This document shows positions 34,511-43,544 of a DNA stretch of 64,000 nucleotides, in pieces. The first letter of the stretch is position 1. Every line of letters begins with the position of its first letter. A model generated the notes under the pieces. It made no database searches. It worked only from the letters and a program-made list of their open reading frames with translations, and was not told where the DNA came from. The stretch comes from Gammaproteobacteria bacterium (GTDB lineage Bacteria; Pseudomonadota; Gammaproteobacteria; Steroidobacterales; Rariloculaceae). Position numbers and translations under genes: made by a program. Location of the stretch: positions 5,094-69,093 of the forward strand of contig DASZSB010000086.1 of assembly GCA_035548835.1 (NCBI GenBank), read 5' to 3'.

Positions 34511-34973
34511 GCGGCAGCGCGGTGGTATCGACGGCCTTGCGCAGCACGAACGACGAGTGCACGCCGATCACGCCTTCGATGCGCGTGATCTTCGTGAGCA
34601 GGAAACGCTGATACTCGTCCATGTTCGGCACCGTGATCTTCAGCTGGTAGTCCGCTTCCTGGCCCGTGATGAGATAACACTCCTGCACCTCGGGATACGT
34701 GCGCACGGCGTTCTCGAACTGCGCGAAGCGCTCCGGCGTGTGCCGGTCCATGCGGATGTGGATCAGCACCGTCAGATCGAGGCCGATGGCGCGCGGCTCG
34801 AGGCGTACGACGCGCTCGCGAATGACGCCGGCCGTCTCGAGCCGATGAATGCGCCGCGAGCAGGGGGACGCGGACAGGCCGACGCGGTCGGCGACCTCCT
34901 GGTTGCTCAAACCGCCGTTGGCTTGCAGCTCGGCCAGGATCTTGAGGTCGAAGGAATCGAGTTTTTCCGACAT
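34482..34973 (-). CDS. Lrp/AsnC family transcriptional regulator
   Basis: 163 aa. LDSFDLKILAELQANGGLSNQEVADRVGLSASPCSRRIHRLE plus a RAM domain. Divergent from leuA. Confidence 0.85.
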   Translation of the reverse strand: MSEKLDSFDLKILAELQANGGLSNQEVADRVGLSASPCSRRIHRLETAGVIRERVVRLEPRAIGLDLTVLIHIRMDRHTPERFAQFENAVRTYPEVQECYLITGQEADYQLKITVPNMDEYQRFLLTKITRIEGVIGVHSSFVLRKAVDTTALPLSYARTSAS

Positions 34974-35141
34974 CCCGCAATCCTACGTCATGAAATCCGA
35001 AAAATCCGCATGATTCGTGCGTAAAACCCCGGATAGCGGGAAAAATAGACCGATTCTGCCACCGCAACCGGCCTAGAATGGCGCTTCTCGGAGTGAGGGC
35101 TGCGCAGGTGGCCCCTCCGCCGCAATTCGAGGACCGTCGTC

Positions 35142-36827
35142 ATGAGCAGCCAGTTCGACTACCGCAAGTACCGCCCCTACCGTCCGATCTCCCTTGCGGA
35201 TCGGCGTTGGCCCGACCGCACGATCGAGCGCGCGCCCGACTGGTGCAGCGTCGATCTGCGCGACGGCAACCAGGCGCTCGTGCAGCCGATGTCGGTCGCG
35301 AAGAAGCTCGAGCTGTTCGCGCTGCTGGTCGAACTCGGTTTCAAGGAGATCGAAATCGGATTTCCGTCGGCCTCGCAGACGGAGTTCGATTTCGCGCGGC
35401 GGCTGATCGAACGCAATCTGATCCCGGCCGATGTCACCGTGCAGGTGCTGACGCAGGCGCGCCGCGAGCTGATCGAGCGCACATTCGAAGCGCTGCGCGG
35501 CGTGAAGCGTGCAGTCGTGCACGTCTACAACTCCACGTCGCCCGTGCAGCGCGAGCAGGTGTTCCGCGCCAGCAAGGAGGAGATCGTGGCGATCGCCGTC
35601 AACGGCGCGCGGTTGCTCGAAGAGGGTGCCGCGAAGCACCCCGGCGCCGAATGGCTGTTCGAGTACTCGCCCGAGAGCTTCTCCGGCACCGAGCCCGCGT
35701 TCGCGGTCGAAGTCTGCAACGCCGTGCTCGACGTATGGCAGCCGCAGCGCGGACGCAAGTGCATCATCAACCTGCCGGCGACGGTCGAGATGACCACGCC
35801 GAACGTGTTCGCCGATCAGGTCGAGTACTTCTGCCGCAACGTGAAGTACCGCGAGCACATTCGCGTGAGTCTGCACACGCACAACGATCGCGGCTGCGCG
35901 GTTGCTGCGGCGGAGCTCGGCATTCTGGCCGGCGCCGATCGCATCGAGGGGACGCTGTTCGGCAACGGTGAGCGCACCGGCAACATGGACATCGTCACGA
36001 TGGGCATGAACCTCTACTCGCAGGGCATCGACCCGCGCCTGAACTTCGCCGACATGGCGCGCATCATCGACGTGTACAAGCGCTGCACCGACATGCCCGT
36101 GCACGCGCGGCATCCGTGGGCCGGCGACCTGGTCTATGCCGCGTTCTCCGGCAGCCACCAGGACGCCATTCGCAAGTCGATGACGTACCACCGCGAGCAC
36201 CAGTTGCCGCATTGGTCGGTGGCCTACCTGCCCATCGATCCGCGCGATCTCGGCCGGCGCTACGAGGAAGTGGTGCGCATCAACAGCCAGTCGGGCAAGG
36301 GTGGCGTGGCGCTCGTGCTCGAGCGCGATCACGGCATCACGCTGCCGAAATGGCTGCATCCTGCCGTCAGTCGCGTGATCCAGGCGCATGCCGACGCGAG
36401 CGGCGAGGAGGTGTCGTCGCGGCAGGTGCTGAGCCTGTTCGAGAAGGAGTTCCTCGCGATTCCCGATGGCTGGAAGCTCTCCGGTTATGACCTGCATTCC
36501 GAGGCGCAGCGCACGCACGGCCGGTTCCGGCTGGCCGCGGCCGGCGCCGAGGTGGTGCTGAACGGTGACGGGCAGGGCCTGATCGAGGCGCTGATCGACG
36601 CCGTGAACCGTCGGTTCGGCACGACGGTTGCGGTCGTCGAGTTCGACGAGCACGCGATGGCACCGGGAACGGAGGCCAAGGCCTTGGCTTCCGTGACGGT
36701 CGAGGCCGGTGGCAAGCAGGCGAGCGCCTGCTGCATCGACGAGGACACTTCGCTCGCGTCGCTGCAGGCTACGCTCTCGGCGATCGGCCGTGCGCTGGCT
36801 TCGCAGACGCTGCGGCAGGCCATCTGA
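35142..36827 (+). CDS. leuA: 2-isopropylmalate synthase (long form)
   Basis: 561 aa with DLRDGNQA, HTHNDRGCAVAAAELG and the C-terminal regulatory domain. Confidence 0.9.
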   Translation: MSSQFDYRKYRPYRPISLADRRWPDRTIERAPDWCSVDLRDGNQALVQPMSVAKKLELFALLVELGFKEIEIGFPSASQTEFDFARRLIERNLIPADVTVQVLTQARRELIERTFEALRGVKRAVVHVYNSTSPVQREQVFRASKEEIVAIAVNGARLLEEGAAKHPGAEWLFEYSPESFSGTEPAFAVEVCNAVLDVWQPQRGRKCIINLPATVEMTTPNVFADQVEYFCRNVKYREHIRVSLHTHNDRGCAVAAAELGILAGADRIEGTLFGNGERTGNMDIVTMGMNLYSQGIDPRLNFADMARIIDVYKRCTDMPVHARHPWAGDLVYAAFSGSHQDAIRKSMTYHREHQLPHWSVAYLPIDPRDLGRRYEEVVRINSQSGKGGVALVLERDHGITLPKWLHPAVSRVIQAHADASGEEVSSRQVLSLFEKEFLAIPDGWKLSGYDLHSEAQRTHGRFRLAAAGAEVVLNGDGQGLIEALIDAVNRRFGTTVAVVEFDEHAMAPGTEAKALASVTVEAGGKQASACCIDEDTSLASLQATLSAIGRALASQTLRQAI

Positions 36828-36840
36828 TTCTGGCCGCTCT

Positions 36841-38262
36841 GTGAGCGCTGCAGCGTCTGCCGAGCTGGCGTATCTCGACGCACGGCAGCTCGCGGCGCTG
36901 CTCGCGCGCCGCGAGCTGTCCGCCGTCGAGGTGCTGCGCGCGTTCCTGGCACAGATCGAACGGCTGAATCCGCGCGTCAACGCGATCGTGAGCCTGCGCC
37001 CGGCCGCGGAGTTGCTCGCGGAGGCCGAGGCTGCCGACCAGCGGCTCGCGGACGGCGCCGAAGCCCCACCGCTGCATGGCCTGCCGATGGCCATCAAGGA
37101 TCTTTCCCTCACGCGCGGGCTGCGCACGACGTTCGGCTCGCCGATCTACCGCGACTTCGTGCCGACGAGCGACGAGCTGTACGTCGAGCGATGCCGGCAC
37201 GCCGGCGCCATCATCATCGGCAAGACGAACACGCCGGAATTCGGCGCGGGCTCGCAGACCTTCAACGCGGTGTTCGGCGCCACCCGCAATCCCTACGACC
37301 TCACGAAGACCAGCGGCGGCAGCACGGGCGGAGGCGCGGCCGCGCTTGCGTGCGGCATGCTGCCGGTGGCCGACGGCACCGATCTCGGCGGCTCGCTGCG
37401 CAATCCGGCGAGTTTCTGCAACGTCGTAGGGTTTCGTCCGTCGCCCGGGCGTGTGCCGCGTCTGAATGCGCGCGCCGGCGACTTTCTCGGCGTGCACGGA
37501 CCCATGGCGCGCAACGTGGCCGATCTCGCCTGGCTGCTGGCGGTCATGGCCGGGCCGGATCCGCGCGATCCGCTGTCGCTGCCTGAGCCGGGCAGCGCGT
37601 TTCTCGCGCCGCTCGAGCGCGACTTCCGTGCCGTGCGCGTGGCGTGGAGCCGCAATCTCGGCCGCTATCCCGTCGAAGCCGCCGTCACGCGCGTCTGCGA
37701 CGCCGCGCGGCCCGAGTTCGCGCGCCTCGGCTGCGACGTGGCGGACGACGAGCCTGACTTCGACGGCGTCGACGAGCTGTTCCAGACGCTGCGCGCCGCG
37801 GGCTACGCGGCGACCCACGGACGCGACCTCGAGCGGCATCGCAGAGCCATGAAGGACACGGTCGTCTGGAACATCGAGCGTGGTCTGGCTCTGACCAAGG
37901 ACGATCTCGAGCGGGCCGCCACGATCAAGACGGCGCTCGACGCGCGCATTGCGGCGTTCTTCGAGCGCTACGAGTTCCTGGCGCTGCCGGTGGCCCAGGT
38001 CGTGCCGTTCTCCGTCGACGTGCCGTGGGTACGCGAGATCGAGGGCGTGTCGATGCCGACGTACATCGACTGGATGGCCACCTGCTATGCGATCAGCTGC
38101 ACGGGCCTGCCGGCCGTCAGCGTCCCGTGCGGGTTCACGCCGGAAGGGCTGCCGGTCGGTCTGCAGATCGTCGGCCGCCGCGGTCGGGATCTGGACGTGC
38201 TGCGGCTCGCCCATGCCTTCGAGCGGGCCACCCGGCACGCGCAGCGACGGCCGCCGCTGTAA
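36841..38262 (+). CDS. Amidase (amidase-signature family)
   Basis: 473 aa with a GTG start. GLPMAIKDL and GGSTGGGAAALA...GTDLGGSLRNPA are the amidase-signature motifs. Confidence 0.8.
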   Translation: MSAAASAELAYLDARQLAALLARRELSAVEVLRAFLAQIERLNPRVNAIVSLRPAAELLAEAEAADQRLADGAEAPPLHGLPMAIKDLSLTRGLRTTFGSPIYRDFVPTSDELYVERCRHAGAIIIGKTNTPEFGAGSQTFNAVFGATRNPYDLTKTSGGSTGGGAAALACGMLPVADGTDLGGSLRNPASFCNVVGFRPSPGRVPRLNARAGDFLGVHGPMARNVADLAWLLAVMAGPDPRDPLSLPEPGSAFLAPLERDFRAVRVAWSRNLGRYPVEAAVTRVCDAARPEFARLGCDVADDEPDFDGVDELFQTLRAAGYAATHGRDLERHRRAMKDTVVWNIERGLALTKDDLERAATIKTALDARIAAFFERYEFLALPVAQVVPFSVDVPWVREIEGVSMPTYIDWMATCYAISCTGLPAVSVPCGFTPEGLPVGLQIVGRRGRDLDVLRLAHAFERATRHAQRRPPL

Positions 38263-38270
38263 CGCACGCC

Positions 38271-38297
38271 AAAAAAAAGCCCGGCCATGGGCCGGGC
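38271..38297 (-). terminator. Rho-independent terminator serving the minus-strand aminotransferase gene (possibly bidirectional)
   Basis: GCCCGGCC-atg-GGCCGGGC hairpin at 38279..38297. On the minus strand it is followed by T8 (A8 at 38271..38278 on plus). Confidence 0.75.
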
Positions 38298-38429
38298 GAG
38301 TCTTTGGGGGAAACCGTCAGGAGCAAGTCTCCGAAACTTGCGGGACAGTATCCCCGCGTGAGGCGCCCGCGCCCGTGAACCAGGTCACAGCTTTGACATA
38401 AGCGCGCGCGCCCGGCGCCCGGCCGTCGA

Positions 38430-39695
38430 CTAGCCGACCGGATAGGGCTTCGCGAGCCGGTGCTGCGGGTTGTGCTTCAGCCAGGCGGCGAGCCGGTCCT
38501 TGCGGCCGATGGCCGTCGGTATGAAGTCCAGTGCCTGCCGGAGCCGGTCATTCGGCTCGGCGCAGCTGAAGCGCAGGAAACCGGCGCCCGCCTGGCCGAA
38601 ACACTCGCCGCCGAGGCAGGCGATGCCGAACTTCTCGTCGGCACCCTGCAGCATGAACAGCGCGAGACCGTGGCTCGTGACTCCGAGCTCGTTGCACACC
38701 GGTGCCACGTTCGGGAACACGTAGAACGTGGCCGTCGGGTCGAGTGTGTTGAAACCCCGGATGCGGTTCAGGCCCTCGGTCAGCAGCACGACCTTCTCGC
38801 GGAACTTCAGCATGACCTCGTCGCGTTCACTGCGATCGCGCTTCAGCGCGGCCGTGCCGGCGAGCTGTACGATCGGCGGCGTGCACGACAGCGTGGTGTT
38901 GATCATCTTGCCGATCACGTCCGCCACCTCGGGCGAAGCGACGGCAAAGCCGAGCCGCCAGCCGCTCATGCTGTACGACTTGCTGAACGTATAGGCGCCG
39001 ACGCACTGCGCGAGCATGCCCGGCTGGCTCAGGATCGAGTGATGGCTGCCGCGCCACACCATGTGGCAATACGGCTCGTCGCTGAAAACGGCGATGTCGC
39101 GGCCGCGGATCACGTCTGCGATGCGCTTCAGGTCGTCCTGCGTCGTGACACCGCCCGTGGGGTTGTGCGGCGAGTTCAGGAAGATCGCGCGCGGCGACGG
39201 GTCTTCCTTCAGGAAGCGCTCGATGTCCGCAATGTCCGGGCGAAAGCCGTTCGACTGCCTGAGCGGCGTCAGGACGGCGCGCGCGCCGCGCCGCTCGATG
39301 TTCGGCAGGTAGGTCGGAAAGTAGGGGCTGAACACCAGCACGCCGTCGTCAGGGTTCAGGAAGGTCTCGCAGAAGAACTGCTCGAACACCTTGGCCCCTG
39401 GACCGGCGACGATGTTGCCGGCTTCGGCCGGGATGCCGAACTCCGTGCGCACGAATTCCGCCGCTGCCTCGCGAAATTCCGGGATGCCCGGCGAAGGGCA
39501 GTAGTGCGACTGATTGTTCCTGATGGCGTCCATGCCGCCCGCACGCGCGGCCGCCGTGCTGTCGAACGGGCTGTCGCCGATCTCGAGCTCCACGACGTCC
39601 TTGCCGGCCGCCTTCAGCGAGCGGGCCATGGCCAGGACGGTAAATGCGGTCTCGACGGACAGGGAACGGGCGAAGACACTCAGTTGCGCGGACAC
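38430..39695 (-). CDS. Pyridoxal-phosphate-dependent aminotransferase (class I/II)
   Basis: 421 aa. GTG start preceded by AAGGTGGA. NSPHNPTG and SKSYSMSGWRLG (PLP lysine) are present. The tracked ORF extends artefactually to 40331. Confidence 0.85.
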   Translation of the reverse strand: MSAQLSVFARSLSVETAFTVLAMARSLKAAGKDVVELEIGDSPFDSTAAARAGGMDAIRNNQSHYCPSPGIPEFREAAAEFVRTEFGIPAEAGNIVAGPGAKVFEQFFCETFLNPDDGVLVFSPYFPTYLPNIERRGARAVLTPLRQSNGFRPDIADIERFLKEDPSPRAIFLNSPHNPTGGVTTQDDLKRIADVIRGRDIAVFSDEPYCHMVWRGSHHSILSQPGMLAQCVGAYTFSKSYSMSGWRLGFAVASPEVADVIGKMINTTLSCTPPIVQLAGTAALKRDRSERDEVMLKFREKVVLLTEGLNRIRGFNTLDPTATFYVFPNVAPVCNELGVTSHGLALFMLQGADEKFGIACLGGECFGQAGAGFLRFSCAEPNDRLRQALDFIPTAIGRKDRLAAWLKHNPQHRLAKPYPVG

Positions 39696-39899
39696 GGTTC
39701 CACCTTGCGACGGTTCGGACGGATGGGAGCTCGGGTTTCGCGGCGCACCGTTGTGTGGGGAGTCGGGCCGGCCGCGAGCCGGCGCCAGCATAGCACTCCG
39801 GGTAAGCGCGTTCGACCCGAGCCCGGTGGGTGGTGGCTTATGTCCCCGGGTCGTGCGAGGCATAATGCCGCCTCGCTCAATCTCGATGGGAGTCTGAAA

Positions 39900-40268
39900 A
39901 TGATCGGCTACGTAACGCTCGGCACGAACGATCTCGCTCGCGCCTCGAAATTCTACGACGCACTGCTCGCCGAGATCGGCGGCAAACGCATGCTCGAGTC
40001 GGATCGCTTCGTGTCGTGGTCGGCCGGCGAGCATTCGCCCGGTCTCGGTGTGATCAAGCCGTACGACGGCAAGACCGCGACGTTCGGCAACGGCACGATG
40101 GTCGCGCTCGTCGTCGACAGCCGCGAGAAGGTCGACAAGCTGTACAACAAGGCGTTGCAGCTCGGCGGCAAGGACGAGGGTCCCCCCGGAGTGCGCTGGG
40201 GCAACTTCTACGTCGGCTACTTCCGGGACCTGGACGGCAACAAGCTGAACGCGTTCTGCATGGGCTGA
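39900..40268 (+). CDS. VOC family protein
   Basis: 122 aa. MIGYVTLGTNDLARASKFYDALL and YFRDLDGNKLNAF. Confidence 0.8.
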   Translation: MIGYVTLGTNDLARASKFYDALLAEIGGKRMLESDRFVSWSAGEHSPGLGVIKPYDGKTATFGNGTMVALVVDSREKVDKLYNKALQLGGKDEGPPGVRWGNFYVGYFRDLDGNKLNAFCMG

Positions 40269-40370
40269 GCCGCGAGCACGACGCGACGCGCGGCGTCCGC
40301 CCCGGACGCCGCGCGTCGCGTCGTCACTCACTGATGCGTGCTCGGCTCACGGCCCACTGACACTGGCAAC

Positions 40371-41816
40371 ATGCGCTTCTCGATCGTCCTGCGAACGCTC
40401 GGTCTGCTGTTGCTCGCGTTCGCCGCGACGCTCGTGCCGCCGATGGCCGTCTCGCTGCTCTACGGCGACGGCGAGCTCCCGCACTTCGCTTTGGCGTGCG
40501 TCGTCGGTGCCGCGGCCGGGTTGGCGCTGTGGCTGCCGCTGCGCCAGCGCGCCATCGCGCTGCGCAGTCGCGACGGCTTCGTGATCGTGGCGCTCGTATG
40601 GGCGGTCATGGGCCTGCTCGGCGCCGTGCCGTTCATGCTCACGCTGGGGCTCGATTTCCCGGCGGCCTTCTTCGAATCGGTCGCGGGCTACACCACGACC
40701 GGGTCCACGACGCTCGTGGGTATCGACGCGCTGCCGCCGTCGATCCTGATCTACCGGCAGCAGATCCAGTGGCTCGGAGGGCTCGGCGTCATCGTGCTCG
40801 CGGTTGCGCTGCTGCCCATGCTCGGTATCGGCGGCATGCAGCTGTACAAGGGCGAGACTCCGGGCCCGTTCAAGGACCAGCAGATTGCACCGCGCGTGAC
40901 GCGCTCGGCTCGCAGCCTGTGTTACGTGTACGTCGTGCTCACGCTCGCGTGCGCGGCGTGTTTCTGGTTCTCCGGCATGAGCCTGTTCGACGCCGTGGCG
41001 CACAGCTTCTCGACGATCTCGACCGGCGGCTCGTCGACGCACGACGCGAGCATCGGCTATTTCCACAGCGTGCCCGTTGAGCTGGTCACGATCGTGTTCT
41101 CGCTGATCGGCGGCATCAGCTTCAACGAGCACTTCCTGGCGCTTCGCTCGCTGCAGTTCCAGCGCTATCAGCGCGATACGCAGACGCGTGTGTTCCTGGC
41201 CCTGGTCGTGGCGCTCGCGCTCGTGACGACGGCGGTGCTGTATCTCGAGGGCACCTATCCGTCCCTCCCGGCCGCGCTGCGTCACGGGCTGTTCGCGTCG
41301 GTGGCCTCGGTGTCGTCCACGGGCTTTGCGATCGCGGACTTCGCGACGTGGCCGCTCGCGCTGCCGGCCCTGATGATCTTCTCGATGTTCGTCGGCGGCT
41401 GCGCGGGCTCGAGCGCCGGCGGCATGAAGGTGATCCGCTACGTCGTGCTGTTCAAGCAGGTCGGCGTGCACATCCACCGGCTGATCCATCCGCAGGCCAT
41501 CCGCCGCATGAAGCTCGACGGCCAGCCGGTTCCCGACTCCGTCGTGGAGGCGGTCGGCGGGTTCTTTGCCGTCTACGTGGTGGTGTTCGTGATCTTCATG
41601 GTCCTCGCGATGATGGACGGCATGGATCAGGTCTCGGCCTTCGGCGCCGTGGCGACCTCCATCAACAACGCAGGACCGGGGCTGGGTTCGGTGGCGATGA
41701 CGTTCGCGAGCGTGAGCCCGCACGGCAAGATCATGTTCGCGATCGCGATGCTGCTCGGGCGCCTCGAGATCTTCACGTTCCTCGTGCTGTTGACGCCGGC
41801 GTTCTGGAAGCGCTGA
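40371..41816 (+). CDS. trkH: TrkH-family potassium uptake protein
   Basis: 481 aa from MRFSIVLRTLGLLL. Repeated pore-loop motifs (TTTGST, STGGSS, SSTGFA, NNAGPGLG). Confidence 0.85.
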   Translation: MRFSIVLRTLGLLLLAFAATLVPPMAVSLLYGDGELPHFALACVVGAAAGLALWLPLRQRAIALRSRDGFVIVALVWAVMGLLGAVPFMLTLGLDFPAAFFESVAGYTTTGSTTLVGIDALPPSILIYRQQIQWLGGLGVIVLAVALLPMLGIGGMQLYKGETPGPFKDQQIAPRVTRSARSLCYVYVVLTLACAACFWFSGMSLFDAVAHSFSTISTGGSSTHDASIGYFHSVPVELVTIVFSLIGGISFNEHFLALRSLQFQRYQRDTQTRVFLALVVALALVTTAVLYLEGTYPSLPAALRHGLFASVASVSSTGFAIADFATWPLALPALMIFSMFVGGCAGSSAGGMKVIRYVVLFKQVGVHIHRLIHPQAIRRMKLDGQPVPDSVVEAVGGFFAVYVVVFVIFMVLAMMDGMDQVSAFGAVATSINNAGPGLGSVAMTFASVSPHGKIMFAIAMLLGRLEIFTFLVLLTPAFWKR

Positions 41817-42345
41817 CGCGGCGGCTGCGCGGCGCCGCCGTGGCGCCTTCACGGGCGCGCAACTCCCTCGGCAGGCCGTGATCGTCGCCGCCGAGCGCGT
41901 GAATGCAGCGGCGCAAGTCCTCCGAGAAGGCTGCCATCTCGTCCTCGCTGAACGACGCGAGCATCTTGGTGAACACCGAGGTGCCCACGCTGTGTGCGCG
42001 CTCGAGCTCGGCGATGCCCGACCCGGTCAGGGACCAGCTGTCGGCGCGGCGGCTGTCGGGATGCGGCCGCCGCTCGATCAACCCGTCGATCTCGAGGTGC
42101 CGTAACACGGAGTTCATGGTCTGGGCCGACACGAAGGCGCGGCGGGCCAACTTGGCGCCCGTGATGCCGGGCTCGAAGTGCAGGCCGAACAGTGCCACGA
42201 CGGCCGCGAACGACAGCTCCACGCCCTGTTTGCGGAGCGCGTCGTCCATGGTCTGGCGCAGGGTGTGCTGCAATAATCGCAGCAGGAAGCCCACGGTATG
42301 CTCGGGTTTCACTACGGGACCAACGGCTTTAGGATTCTTGGGCAT
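41773..42345 (-). CDS. MarR family transcriptional regulator
   Basis: About 190 aa with a winged HTH (GAKLARRAFVSAQTMNSVLRHLEIDGLIERRP). Divergent from the efflux operon. Its low-complexity C-terminal tail overlaps the trkH 3' end. Confidence 0.8.
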   Translation of the reverse strand: MPKNPKAVGPVVKPEHTVGFLLRLLQHTLRQTMDDALRKQGVELSFAAVVALFGLHFEPGITGAKLARRAFVSAQTMNSVLRHLEIDGLIERRPHPDSRRADSWSLTGSGIAELERAHSVGTSVFTKMLASFSEDEMAAFSEDLRRCIHALGGDDHGLPRELRAREGATAAPRSRRVSASRTPASTARGT

Positions 42346-42362
42346 CGCTCCGTGATTGCTCA

Positions 42363-42399
42363 ATATCAGCGAACTGATATCATATCAGCAAGCTGATGG
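42363..42399. promoter_or_regulatory. Array of ATATCAG/CTGATAT inverted repeats (candidate MarR operators)
   Basis: ATATCAG-cgaa-CTGATAT-c-ATATCAG-caag-CTGATgg, filling the A/T-rich 74-bp gap between marR (42345) and the MFP gene (42420). Confidence 0.6.
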
Positions 42400-42419
42400 T
42401 TATCAAGGACGACCTTCCG

Positions 42420-43544
42420 ATGCAACGACAACGCTCACGCACACGCCGGGTCCAGGGATGGGCTCTTGCCGCGTTGCTGCTCGGCGCTGGTGTGCTCGTG
42501 CTGTCCGGCTGTTCCCGTGGTGGCGGCGATCGCGCCACGCCGACCACCGAACGGTCCGCAGTCATGACGGTCACGGCCGCGCCGCTCGAGCGCACCGAGC
42601 TCGCGCGCAAGATCGCGATGAACGGCTCCGTGTACGCGTGGCAGGAAGTCATCATCGCGCCCGAGGTCGGCGGCTATCGCGTCGCGGAAGTGCTCGTCGA
42701 CGTCGGTGACCACGTGAAGGCGGGCCAGAAGCTCGTCGTTCTGTCGACCTCGCTGCTCGAAGCCGAGGTCGCCACGAAGCAGGCCATGGTCAATCAGCGC
42801 AAGGCCGAGCTCGACAACGCGGAATCCGCGCTGCACCGCGGCCAGATGCTGGCTGAGACGCACGTGCTGTCGGATTCCGATCTCGACAAGCTCACGGCAG
42901 ACCAGCTCGCGAAGCGCGCAGCGCTCGCGTCCGCGCGCGCCGATCTCGAGACCTCGCAGCTGCGGTTGAAGTTCACGTCGGTCACGGCACCGGACGACGG
43001 TGTCATCACGTCGCGCACGGTCACGGTCGGGCAGATCGCGCAGGCCGGCAGCGAGATGCTGCGCCTGCTGCGCAACAGCCGCATCGAATGGCGCGGCGAA
43101 GCGCCCGAAATGCGGCTCGGCGAGCTCGCGCCGGGGCAGGAGGTGACGGTCACGACGGTCGAAGGTCTCGTCGTGCGCGGCAAGATCCGCGTGGTTTCGC
43201 CCACGGTCGCCACGGGCAACCGCACGGGGCTGGTCTACGTGGACCTGCCGCCGGATGACCGCATTCGCCCGGGAACGTTCGCGCGCGGCGAAATCGAAAT
43301 CGGCCGCGGCCCCGGCTTCACGGTGCCGCTCGAGAGCGTCGTGAGCGCCGACGGCTACAGCTACGTGTTCATCGTCCGGCCCGACAACACGGTCGAGCGC
43401 CGGCGCATCGAGACGGGGGCCGTGCTCGGTGACTCGATCGAAGTCGTCAGCGGCGTGCAAGGCAACGAATCGGTCGTGATCAAGGGCGCCGGCTTCCTGA
43501 AGGACGGCGATCTCGTCAACGTCGGCACGGTGAGCGGCTCATGA
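42420..43544 (+). CDS. Efflux RND periplasmic adaptor (membrane fusion protein), lipoprotein
   Basis: 374 aa from MQRQRSRTRRVQGWALAALLLGAGVLVLSGC (lipobox). Coiled-coil hairpin and beta-barrel domains follow. Confidence 0.85.
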   Translation: MQRQRSRTRRVQGWALAALLLGAGVLVLSGCSRGGGDRATPTTERSAVMTVTAAPLERTELARKIAMNGSVYAWQEVIIAPEVGGYRVAEVLVDVGDHVKAGQKLVVLSTSLLEAEVATKQAMVNQRKAELDNAESALHRGQMLAETHVLSDSDLDKLTADQLAKRAALASARADLETSQLRLKFTSVTAPDDGVITSRTVTVGQIAQAGSEMLRLLRNSRIEWRGEAPEMRLGELAPGQEVTVTTVEGLVVRGKIRVVSPTVATGNRTGLVYVDLPPDDRIRPGTFARGEIEIGRGPGFTVPLESVVSADGYSYVFIVRPDNTVERRRIETGAVLGDSIEVVSGVQGNESVVIKGAGFLKDGDLVNVGTVSGS

